A DNA stretch of 14,949 bases. Source: Paramoeba atlantica (taxonomy: Eukaryota; Protista; Discosea). The translations under genes and the position numbers were made by a program. Shown one piece after another: positions 1 through 10,046 of this stretch. Every line of letters begins with the position of its first letter. Within the stretch, counting starts at the first letter, position 1. A model generated the notes under the pieces. It was not told the origin of the DNA and searched no databases. It saw nothing but the letters and a program-made list of their open reading frames with translations. The stretch is taken from NCBI GenBank assembly GCA_977017575.1, contig CDRNVI010000136.1, forward strand, positions 1 through 14,949. Direction: 5' to 3'.

Positions 1-159
1 TTTTTTATTGACCACCCCTGTGGTTGTTTATATGGAATGCACGTTTGTGAGATCCCATGCAGGGATCTGAGTGTGTGTGTCAAGACTATTGCCTTGTTGT
101 TGCCTAAGTTAGGCCTTGTTACCTACTCCTTGTTAGGTAGATTGAATTGCAAAATTGCA

Positions 160-543
160 CCTATGGGCACGTACACGGGCTCAGTGAGTCGGAACCGAGG
201 TTCCTCCAACACTTACACCAGGTCGTGCATAAGGAATCGTCTGTTCCGGGTGTGATTGGACGCTCCGCTCTTTCATAGGGGTAGGGTTACTACCGCGCGT
301 ATTACTTGAGTAATTATGGTTTTCGCGCTCGCGTTTTGCGCCCAAGTGGCCTAGAAGGCCCAAGTTTGCTTCGGGATTGATTTCCAGCTTAAGAGGCGTT
401 CAGCTGTTAATCATCGCCTGGTGGTCTTGCGGCGCCTCTTTTCAAAGGGCCGCTGTTGCTAGGGAGGCGAAACGAAAGTTCCTCTCGTACTACTTCGTAT
501 TTCCCTCGGCAAACCTGCCGAAATGTTTGATTAAGTAGGGTAA

Positions 544-587
<44 letters not shown>

Positions 588-1332
588 CATCCGGGTGAAC
601 AATCCGACCCTTTGCGTCAACTGCGGCGCAAGGCTAGGAAGAGCCGACATCGAAGGATCAAACGGCAACGTCGCTAGGAACGCTTGGCTGCCACAAGCCA
701 GTTATCCCTGTGGTAATTTTTATGACACCTCTGGCATTATACCTGAATGTACGTGCTCAAAGGATCGCTGGCCATGCTTTCACATTCTAGACTCGTACTG
801 AAAGTCTAAGATCAAGCGAGCTTTTGCCCTTGTGCGCCACGTGAGGTTTCTGTCCTCACTGAGCTCGCCTTAGGACACCTGCGTTGTCGTTTAGCAGATA
901 TGCCGCCCCAGCCAAACTCCCCATCTCAGTCTTGTCTCCAAACATAGGCTCACCCTGGTACATCCGCACCTGGGTTTAGAGCTACAACAGGTGAGTTGGC
1001 ACCGTTGAATTTCCCGTAGGACTCGGACGGTGCACGAATGCCCTGGGAGCCGTGAAGCCCCTTAAGACATAACTCCCTTTGCCTTATCATTGGATTTGCC
1101 GAGCAACGATAAAAGAAGTGGTTTTTCAGAACCGGCACCCTTTCGAGCACCTCCCACCTATGACTACACCTCCTATGTCGCCCGGCAAACTGAGACTGGA
1201 GTCAAACTCAACAGGGTCTTCTTTCCCCGCTTAATCATTCAAGACCGTTCCCTTGACGCAGTTGGTTCGCTAGATGGTAGCTAGGGACAGTGGGAATCTC
1301 ATTAATCCATTCATGCGCGTCTCTAATTAGAA

Positions 1333-1389
<57 letters not shown>

Positions 1390-2483
1390 GTAGGTGAATC
1401 TCGTCACATTGACATTCAGAGCACTGGGCAGAAATCAGCTTGCGTCATACAGCACTTGGCTGCGTCGCAAGCCTGTGTTTTAATTATACAGTTGGATTCC
1501 CCTTGGTAAGCAGTTCTGAAACAGCAATTCAGCGCTGTGAGAGTTTGCCCGGCTGCACCGTCCCCGAAGGGTCGGCGTAGTCCCTGGAGGCCCCGTCAAG
1601 CGTGACACCGCAGCACACACGCCCCACCCACGCAAGGCGGGCGGAGCACGCGACGCGGGCACGTCAGCCAGGACCTTGAGCCCAGGGACTTGCCGGCTCC
1701 CAACAGCTTTGCCTTCAGAGCCAATGCTTCTCGCGAGCATACGCATCTAATTTGCCGACTTCCCTTAGACTACCTTGTTCTATTGGCTAGAGCTTTCTAA
1801 GCTTGGGGACCGGATGCGGATATGGGTACGGCCTGCCATCAGGAAATAGGACCCCGCTGGCTTTTTCTGAAGCGTGAGACGGTTTCCCTACCACGCACAA
1901 ATGCATGGCTTTGCTGGATCCCCTTCCGCGTCACCGCACGACGCGAACTCAACGGAGGGGGAAGTCCATTCAAAAGAAAAGAGAACTCTTCCGGGCCCGT
2001 CCCACACTGTCACCAGCATCGTCTCAAAAGCGTTACCGCCTCAAATTCCCATGGTCAGCTGCGGGAATGTTAAGCCCGCTTTACTTTCAGCCAACTGGGT
2101 GGAGCCGTAGAGTTCCCAGGCATCGACGCCCGCCCACACGAGGTGAGCGAACGCGGCGCCCGGGCGGCCATCACCCCGTTCCACAAGTGCGGTCCAACGT
2201 TGGCTTTAGTACCGAGTGACTCGTGTCCGATCGCCGTTGACACGAAACCCTTCCCCACTTCAGCCTTCAACGATATATCGCGGAATTTCCGCAGTTGAAT
2301 ATTCGCTACTACAACCAAGATCTGCACTAGAGGCAGCTCCACCCAGGCTCACGCCAAAGGCTTCGCAGCTTTGCCTCCACGCACCCCTACACGGAACTGT
2401 GTTTCTTGTGCCCTCCCACAGTTACAGTTCCGGGGAACTGTCGGCGGCGGGCTTGAGCGCCATCCATTTTCGGGGCTGGTTGA

Positions 2484-2517
<34 letters not shown>

Positions 2518-3928
2518 ATTCCGACTTCCATGGCCACCGTCCTGCTGTCTAGATCAACGAACACCCTTCATGGTATCTATGAGCCCGCACTTAGGCGCCT
2601 TAAGTTCCCTTGCGGAGCATTCCGCATCGCCTGTTCCGCTTACCGAAAGAGGCCCACTTGGTGACATCATCCATTACCTTTGGCTTCATGAAAGCAAGCC
2701 AAATGCTGTGCACGTTTAAAGTTTGAGAATAGGTCGACATCAAATTGAAGCCAATGCCTCTAATCATTTGCTTTACCGCACACGACTGCTTTACTGTCAC
2801 CAGCTATCCTGAGGGAAACTTCGGGGTGAACCAGCTACTAGGTGGTTCGATGAGTCTTTCGCCCCTATACCCAAATCCAACGAGTGATTTGCACGTCAAC
2901 ATCGCTACGGACCTCCACCCAGGTTTCCCTCGGCTTCGTCCTGTTCAGGCATAGATCACCACCTTTCGGGTCCCAACATGTATGCTCAGGCTCAAAAACC
3001 CGGCCCATGGCCAAGTCTCGGCCGGTGTTGCACCCGGGTGCGGGGCATAACCCCGCACAACGGGTTGACACCTCACGCGGACATACGCGCTTCCCTTTCA
3101 GTACGCCTTATACCTTTCCAGTATATGACTCGCATACTTGTTAGACTCCTTGGTCCGTGTTTCAAGACGGGCGGATGAACCCCATCGTGGCCTATGGCCA
3201 TCTCAAAGTCTGTCTGTGGAGAGCGAACACGGGAGCTCCTGCCGCGAACCCCATCCGAGCCGGAGGCCCCCACCCGAGGGCGGGAGACGCTCCAAACCCA
3301 GGACGGAGCCGCAGCCGAGATCTCCACCGTTTCATCCCTCCCGAAGGGTAAGACTGTCCCAACCACACGCTCGAGTACAAAAGTGACGAAGGTGCGAAAT
3401 CACACCAACCCCCTTGCTCGGCGTGGGAACAGCGACAGACATGACGTGTGCGGAAGACACCCCGGGGTTGCCCCCGAGGTGCCCTACACACGTCTTGGAT
3501 AGTGGTACATCCCTTATCTTATGACGGCTTCAGGTGCTATTTCACTCTCTCTCCAAAGTGCTTTTCATCTTTCGCTCACGCTACTTGTATGCTATCGGTC
3601 TTCCCAAGATATTTAGCCTTGGCAGAGGTATACCTGCCCTTCGCACTGCATTCCCAAGCAGTACTACTCCGCAAGTCTCAAGTTAATCCCGCCTGAGGAG
3701 GACTCGGATCAAGGGGCTCTCACCCTCTATGGCGCTCCGTTCCAGGAAGACTTGTCCGAGTGTCCAGGCTTTCCTGAGACCTCTTACCCCACAATTCGGA
3801 TGTGATCCGATTCGGATTGGGCTAATCCCTCTTCGCTCGCCGCTACTAGGGGAATCACAGTTGTTTTCTTTTCCTCCGCTTAATGATATGCTTAAGTTCA
3901 GCGGGTGGTCGACCACAGCTCAGGCCTT
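160..3928 (-). rRNA. Large-subunit (28S-type) rRNA gene, copy 1, apparently complete
   Basis: Minus strand reads the universal LSU 5' motif ACCCGCTGAACTTAAGCATATCATTAAGCGGAGGAAAAGAAAAC (~3864-3907), helix 69 region GGGTAAACGGCGGGAGTAACTATGACTCTCTTAAGGTAG (~1347-1385), peptidyl-transferase motif CCTTCGATGTCGGCTC (641-656), sarcin-ricin loop AGTACGAGAGGAAC (478-491) and a terminal helix GTAAG...CTGAG (~180-216). 5' end placed by analogy with recalled kinetoplastid LSU starts; 3' end uncertain by about 15 nt. Confidence 0.97.
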
Positions 3929-4002
3929 GAAAATGGTTTCTTTGGTGTGAGACACCAACGGAATTCGATTTCAGGGCACGTGTCGTTCCCCAGCAAGGTT
4001 AT
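3929..4002 (-). other. ITS2 (about 74 nt)
   Basis: Non-conserved sequence between the inferred 5.8S 3' end (GTTCAGTGCCG) and LSU 5' start (GGCCTGAG...ACCCGCTGAAC); contains hairpin TTGGTGT-CTC-ACACCAA. Confidence 0.75.
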
Positions 4003-4158
4003 CGGCACTGAACTGTGGACGTGCTTGAGTGCGAGACCCAGCACACATGTTGCGTTCAAAGGTTTAGTACTACGCTTGATTCTGCAATGCGTACGAATTA
4101 TCGCATATTGCCGCGTCCTTCATCGATTGGGAAGCCAAGACATCCACCGTCATAAGTT
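4003..4158 (-). rRNA. 5.8S rRNA gene (about 156 nt)
   Basis: Minus strand AACTTATGACGGTGGATGTCTTGGCTTCCCAATCGATGAAGGACGCGGC...ATTGCAGAATC...CTTTGAACGCA matches conserved 5.8S motifs (GGAT..CTTGGC, CGATGAAG.ACGC, GAATC, TTTGAACGCA); lies between SSU and LSU. Confidence 0.93.
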
Positions 4159-4412
4159 ATACATGACTCGGTTTCATCCGGGCGCGTGGGGGGTTTCCCC
4201 CCCACGCGTAGCACCGGGCCGAGTAAACCCCCTTGAGCCGTCTACGGCGCAAGCCGTCGACGAGGAGGAACAAAAAAGGAGTCCCCCCAAACCCCGCGAA
4301 CGGGGTTTGGAACAGACGGTTTCCCTTCCCCGAGCGCAAACGAGCACTCGGGAGGGCTGTGTTAGGACGCACCGTACGGTGTGCCTGTTGTTCAAGGTTC
4401 GAAAACTTTCGA
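4159..4412 (-). other. ITS1 (about 255 nt)
   Basis: Non-conserved, moderately GC-rich sequence between SSU 3' end (GGATCATT) and 5.8S start. Confidence 0.8.
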
Positions 4413-6436
4413 AATGATCCAGCTGCAGGTTCACCTACAGCTACCTTGTTACGACTTTTGCTTCCTCTACTAGTTAAATATGGGTTAACTTTCCCACAAT
4501 CCTCGAAGGGATCGCAAGTCCGTTAACCTTTATCCAACTGGCATCGGTAACAACGACGGGCGGTGTGTACAAATGGCAGGGACGTAGTCAATGCGCTTTG
4601 ATGAAGCACGTCTACTAGGCATTCCTCGTTCAAGAAGAATAATTGCAAGCTTCGATCCCAAGCACGACAGAGTTTTCTCAGTTTCCCCACTTCTTTCGAA
4701 GAAGGACCAAAAAGGCTTCACTCATTCACTTTGTCATTGTAGTGCGCGTGTCGCCCAGGACATTTAGGAGCATCACGGACCTGCTGTTGCCCAAAATGCC
4801 ACCGTGCTAAGGCGCACGGAATGCCGCGAAGAAGGGGATGCACTATCTGGGAAGACGAGTGGGACGAATCCCCTCGCTTCCGTTTACCTTTCGGTAGATG
4901 GTGCCCCTAGTAAGCGGATTGGGTCTCGTCCGTTAAAGGAATCAACCAAACAAATCACTTCACCGACCAAAAGCGGCCATGCACCACCGTCAAACGAATT
5001 AAGAAAGAACTCTCAATCTGTCAATCCTACCGTTGTCCTGTCCTGGTAAGGTTCCCCGTGTTGAGTCAAATTAAACCGCACACTCCACGCCTGGTGGTGC
5101 CATTCCGTCAATTTCTTTAAGTTTCAGCCTTGCGAACGTACTCCCCCATGAGACCATAGCCTCAGCTTTCGCGTTGAAGGGGGAGCAGTGCCGAAAAGAT
5201 CCCATCAGAGCAAAATGCTATCCGATCCATGGGCGTCATCGTTTGCAGTCGTGGACTACAATGGTATCTAATCATCTTCGATCTCCACACTTTAGTTCTT
5301 GATTGATGAAGGTATACTTGGAAAATGCCTTCGCATAAGTTCGTCCCCGAGCGGTCTAAGAATTTCACCTCTCACGCTCAGATACGTTTTCCCCCGACAA
5401 CCCCCATTGATCCCGTGTTCGACGAAGCTTTCCATCACACAAGGTGACGGAAATTAACACTTCGCCAACCGATTACCCATGTTGGGTCGTAAAAACCGAC
5501 AAAAGACTGACCCAGTGGTCGATGCTTTGTCATTCCATGCTTTATCATCCAGCCGCAGGCGGCTGCTTTGAACACGCTGTTTTCTTCACAGTGATAACGA
5601 CGGGCGGTCTCGACATGCGTTGCATGTGGGATGTTAGCCTCTTCGGCCAACCGCTTCCACGTCACCACTGAAGGGACGCTTCCGCAGACTCCGGCCCCGT
5701 CTAGGACAGAGTGGTGAGGAAGAGCTGCCGAGGCAGCAAACTTTCACCACTCTGAATTCAACTACGAACCCTTTAACAGCAACAACGTTAATATACGCTA
5801 TTGGAGCTGGAATTACCGCGGGTGCTGGCACCAGACTTGTCCTCCAATTGTTACTCGTTGGTGGGTTTACGTACCACCCATTGCGAACCCCACACTCAAA
5901 GAGGCGGGGACGCTATTTCTCTTCGCTGCCTCACCAATTTGGCATTGGGCAATTTACGCGCCTGCTGCCCTCCGTAGAAGTGGTAGCTGTTTCTCAGGCT
6001 CCCTCTCCGGAATCGAACCCTAATTCCCCGTACCCGTTATCGCCACGGTAGTCCACTACACTACCGTCAAAAGCTGATAGGGCAGAAATTCGTCGGGACT
6101 CGCACACCAAAGGTGCGCTTTTGCTGAATGGTTTGATTCATCAATTTACGACACTGCCATTACTGGCGTCGGTCTTTGTACCAACCATTCGCGAGCCACA
6201 TTCCCCACCTTGGGTTTCCCCGCAGTGGTTGAATGGAATGTGTCACGTGACGTACATGTATTAGCTTCGCCTTTCGCGAAGTTATCCATTCAAGCAGTTT
6301 TCACTGCAATTCTCCCGGTAGATCATTTCTGATATAATGAGCCGTTCGCAGACCTCCTATTGTCTCAGTTACTCTTAGGCTTGCATGGCTTAATCCTTGA
6401 AACAAGCATATGACTACTGGCAGAATCAACCAGGTT
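4413..6436 (-). rRNA. Small-subunit (18S) rRNA gene (about 2,020 nt), Euglenozoa-like
   Basis: Begins AACCTGGTTGATTCTGCCAG (6436 downward); contains GTGCCAGCACCCGCGGTAATTCCAGCTC (~5803-5830) and TTGTACACACCGCCCGTC (4555-4572); ends AAGTCGTAACAAGGTAGCTGTAGGTGAACCTGCAGCTGGATCATT. The CAGCACCC, GCTGTTAAAGGGTTCGTAG and AGCTGTAGGTGAACCTGCAGCTGG variants match my recollection of kinetoplastid-type SSU. Confidence 0.98.
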
Positions 6437-6697
6437 TCTTGAAAGGGAGGGTGATTCCTCTCTCAATCTGTTCCCTCACAGTAAACTGTAAGGTTCAATG
6501 TAGTACCCATCTCAATGGGACTGTATTTCTGTTCCTCATCGTGCATACATCGGCTTACTAGGAAGCCACAAGATGTATTCAATCATACGAGTGAGCTGCG
6601 TTGCGACTTGTGGGCACTTTCGCCTCACTTTCAATTACGGGTCGAACCATCCAAAATTTTTTTCATCTTACATGTACAAAATGCAAACCGTGTTTTT

Positions 6698-6824
6698 GGT
6701 GGCCAGGTGGCCACTTTTTTTGGGGGGGCGGCCAGGTGGCCACTTTTTTTGGGGGGTGGCCAGGTGGCCACTTTTTTTGAGGGGTGGCCAGGTGGCCACT
6801 TTTTTTGGGGGGTGGCCACTTTTT
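6698..6824. repeat. Short array of about 4.5 units, GGTGGCCAGGTGGCCAC-T(6-7)-G(4-7), 28-31 nt per unit
   Basis: Directly visible; same core as the 27-nt array at 7845-8528. Confidence 0.95.
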
Positions 6825-7844
6825 CCATCTCGGGAAGGACTAATCATCGGGATCTCACGGAATAAAACGTTTCGGGAAACCAAGAAGGTACGTTACTTTT
6901 CCAGGCAACCCACCCCTTCTTTGCTAAGCACCACTTTTTCGTTAAGCACCCCTTTCTTATTAACCGAACGGGATGATGTTGTCTAGATATCCTTTTGGAT
7001 GCGTCAGGTGGGAGAGATAATCCCACCCCATCTCCAGCAGAGACCAAAGCATAAAAATCTTCAATTCTAACAATCCGGAGCAGTGTAGTTTTAGCGAATA
7101 CAAGCAAAGCAGAGTCTGACGCAACACGAGATTCACTTAAGCGTTGGTTAGCAAGTCTCGCGCTACCCAGTTAATGGGGTGTCTCCATTGAGGTGCGTGA
7201 GTGGAAACACACACTTTCTGTAGAAACTTTTGAGAAAGAAAACCCTTGTTCAATGCCTACGTCGCCGCGTGAATCCCCTCATTGCTGATCTCTAATTTTT
7301 TCTCTTTCACCACCTGCACCGCCAACGGTGTGAATTGTCTCAGCCCCGCTTCAAAAGAGTACGAGGACCGACATAGGGAAGTCTCTCGCGAGAGAAGCTT
7401 GCGCTACGACCCCACTTGTAGGACAAAAGGGGTTTCTTACAGGATTACAGTGAGTGGGTGAACAACTTTTTGGACCTTTTTCATCTCCAAAAATAGCAAT
7501 TCCAGCACCCGGCGGCAACAAAACAAGGCGCCAAAGAACTAGGGTGTGAGGAATGCCGCGGAAAGAGTCTGCCCGTCACCAATAAATCAAGGTGCTAAAA
7601 AAGTAGGACAGATTCTTTCCCGCGTATGGAGTTACCCAGTGTTAACACAACGAAACACTAGGAAACTAGGGTAAATACCCATACACACTAACAAATGATC
7701 ATTGGATGCTTGGCCGATGTGCCGTCCGTAGTGCCCACAGCCTAAAAAGTGTGCAGTACGGCAAAAGCTATGATTTCATAGCCTGGAGCACGCGGCTAAA
7801 AGCAGTAAATTTTGGATCGTGCCTGGCTATCACCCGGACACCAC

Positions 7845-8528
7845 ACTTTTTCATAGGGTGGCCAGGTGGCCACTTTTTCATAGGGTGGCCAGGTGGCCAC
7901 TTTTTTATGGGGTGGCCAGGTGGCCACTTTTTTATGGGGTGGCCAGGTGGCCACTTTTTCATAGGGTGGCCAGGTGGCCACTTTTTCATAGGGTGGCCAG
8001 GTGGCCACTTTTTCAAAGCGGGGCTAGCTGGCCACTTTTTCATAGGGTGGCCAGGTGGCCACTTTTTCAAAGCGGGGCTAGCTGGCCACTTTTTCATAGG
8101 GTGGCCAGGTGGCCACTTTTCCATAGGGTGGCCAGGTGGCCCCTTTTTCATAGGGTGGCCAGGTGGCCACTTTTCCAGAGGGTGGCCAGGTGGCCCCTTT
8201 TTCATAGGGTGGCCAGGTGGCCACTTTTCCAGAGGGTGGCCAGGTGGCCCCTTTTTCATAGGGTGGCCAGGTGGCCACTTTTCCAGAGGGTGGCCAGGTG
8301 GCCCCTTTTTCATAGGGTGGCCAGGTGGCCACTTTTCCAGAGGGTGTCCAGGTGGCCACTTTTTCATAGGGTGGGCAGGTGGCCACGTTTTCAAAGCGGG
8401 GCTAGCTGGCCACTTTTTCATAGGGTGGCCAGGTGGCGAGTTACGCATAGGGTGGCCAGGTGGCCACTTTTTCAAAGCGGGGCCAGGTGGCCACTTTTTC
8501 ATAGGGTGGCCAGGTGGCCACTTTTTCA
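7845..8528. repeat. Tandem array of about 25 x 27-nt units, consensus CATAGGGTGGCCAGGTGGCCACTTTTT
   Basis: Directly visible; variants CAAAGCGGGGCTAGCTGGCCACTTTTT and CAGAGGGTGGCCAGGTGGCCCCTTTTT; the 9-aa periodicity of the overlapping repeat ORFs confirms a 27-nt period. Confidence 0.97.
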
Positions 8529-8557
8529 GAGGGAGCTCGATGCATCTGTGGGGATTG

Positions 8558-8689
8558 TGGTAGTTCCGATGAGTACTCATCCAAACTACCATTACTTCCT
8601 AGGGGGGGTTGTGGTAGTTTCGATGAGTACTCATCCAAACTACTATCACCGGCCTCCGACGAAAATGGAAGTACTCATCCAAACTACCA
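8558..8689. repeat. Cluster of two 34-nt near-palindromes (8558-8591, 8612-8645) and one half-site (8670-8689) built on GATGAGTACTCATC
   Basis: TGGTAGTTCCGATGAGTACTCATCCAAACTACCA pairs 15 of 17 positions with itself; the half-site 8670-8689 is the exact reverse complement of 8705-8724. Confidence 0.93.
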
Positions 8690-8704
8690 TAAATCGCGTT
8701 GTAG

Positions 8705-9013
8705 TGGTAGTTTGGATGAGTACTCATCGAAATGACCTCTTCACATGGTAGTTTGGATGAGTACTCATTGAAACGACCTCTTCACATGGTAGTTTGGATG
8801 AGTACTCATCGAAACGACCTCTTCACATTGTAGTTTGGATGAGTACTCATCGAAACGACCTCTTCACATGGTAGTTTGGATGAGTACTCATCGAAACGAC
8901 CTCCTCACATGGTAGTTTGGATGAGTACTCATCGAAACGACCTCTTCACACGGTAGTTTGGATGAGTACTCATTGAAACGACCTCTGCACATGGTACTTT
9001 GGATGAGTACTTT
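8705..9013. repeat. Tandem array of 7 full plus 1 partial 41-nt units, consensus TGGTAGTTTGGATGAGTACTCATCGAAACGACCTCTTCACA
   Basis: Palindromic cores start at 8715, 8756, 8797, 8838, 8879, 8920, 8961, 9002 (exact 41-nt period); only single-base variants between units. Confidence 0.97.
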
Positions 9014-9297
9014 CTTCCGTGGCGCATCTCATGAGTACTTTCTTCCGTAGTCAGCAATCACGTAAATTGTTGCCAGGTTATAGGTGATGCAATATAGTAC
9101 AAAAATACACAATCCTGCGGAAGTGGCAGACATAGGTTCTCAGCGCCGGTGGAAGTCAAGGACTTTTGCATAAGTCAAGGACTTTTGTGGAACACCCAAG
9201 AATTTTTTTTGATTTTCATTTTCCGTGCGTTCAGTATCCTACACTTCACTACATACGTTGACAACGCCTGCGTAGAGAAAACTACGAAATTCGGTGA

Positions 9298-9486
9298 GCT
9301 TCGCAAATTGCTTCCCACTAACGACGCACAGGGGAATCCTACGCGGGGTGCGGCTCAGGCCCGCTCACGCGGTCCCTCGCCGTTTCGCGGCCGCGCGCAC
9401 CCCCGCTCACGCGGGGGCCCCCGCGCGGCCAAAATGGGTACTAAAATTTGTTATCAAGTAGTTGGGCTTCGCAAATTGCTTCCCAC
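9298..9486. repeat. 21-nt direct repeat GCTTCGCAAATTGCTTCCCAC (9298-9318, 9466-9486) bracketing a GC-rich nested hairpin (9389-9430)
   Basis: Exact repeat; hairpin outer stem GGCCGCGCG/CGCGCGGCC and inner stem CCCCCGC-TCAC-GCGGGGG. Confidence 0.9.
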
Positions 9487-9566
9487 GAATCTAGAGAGAA
9501 GCACACGTGTCCCAGGGCTACGTTCACAGTTTAGCCTTACAGAGTCAGACGTTGGTAATATAGTGA

Positions 9567-9627
9567 AAAGTACTCATCCAAAGTACCATGTGCAGAGGTC
9601 GTTTCGATGAGTACTCATCCAAACTAC
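9567..9627. repeat. 61-bp inverted copy of 8953-9013 (60/61 identical)
   Basis: Reverse complement of 9567-9627 matches 8953-9013 including the terminal-unit variants CTGCAC and GGTACTTT; the one mismatch is CATTGAAA versus CATCGAAA. Confidence 0.95.
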
Positions 9628-10046
9628 TACAACGCCCATCTGTGCCCCCAAGCACGCTACTTATCCAGGTACGCTACTTATCGATGTACGGAACAAATTC
9701 ACGTGCACTACTTATAAAATTTGTAGTTTGGCTCTCTTGTTCACTAGCTTTCCTCTCCATACTCAGTGCTTTCTCTCTCATAGAACATTCCCACTCAAAA
9801 ACGAATTTCCCGTATTCCGGGAAGATAGATGACGTAAATCGGAAGTGGGATGACTTTGACGAAGGGATGAAGGATCGGAATTCATCGCTAAGCGAGTGTA
9901 ACGAGCAGTCAATCACTGGACAACCTCGCCCCCAAAATGACTGCAGCTCATGACTGCAGTGCCTTGAAAGCAGAGTCATGAGTATGTCTGCCCTGTGAAG
10001 GATCATTTGTTTTCGTTGATTTGCGAAATTGCACTTAGAGGCATGT

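Noticed and set aside
37-6051. Numerous 60-170-aa ORFs over the rRNA genes, repeated at 11086-14841
   Set aside because: They overlap conserved rRNA sequence on either strand and have no recognisable protein features.
160-6436. Group I introns or R2-type retrotransposon insertions in the rRNA genes
   Set aside because: Conserved regions at the usual insertion sites (e.g. CTCTTAAGGTAGCCAAATGCC near 1339-1359) are uninterrupted, and gene lengths leave no room.
7211-7220. ACACTTTCTG resembling the start of the Euglena spliced leader
   Set aside because: Only ~10 nt match and the sequence diverges immediately afterwards.
7358-7370. AGTACGAGGACCG resembling a sarcin-ricin loop
   Set aside because: It lacks two core bases, has no closing helix or other rRNA context, and is compatible with chance.
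7706-8751. Long ORFs of 274-310 aa (GWPGGHFFI, KKWPPGHPM and HRVARWPLF repeats; superficially prion-repeat-like)
   Set aside because: The 27-nt unit is a multiple of 3 and stop-free in several frames, so ORFs open on both strands at once; they are by-products of the array.
8714-8760. GATGAG...CGAAAC resembling a hammerhead ribozyme core
   Set aside because: The core reads TGGATGA rather than CTGANGA, stem II would be a single pair, and there is no room for stem I; the pairing is explained by the DNA palindrome.
8705-9013. 41-nt palindromic array as a CRISPR array
   Set aside because: The inter-palindrome segments are near-identical (TCTTCACAT) rather than unique spacers; there are no cas genes and the context is eukaryotic rDNA.
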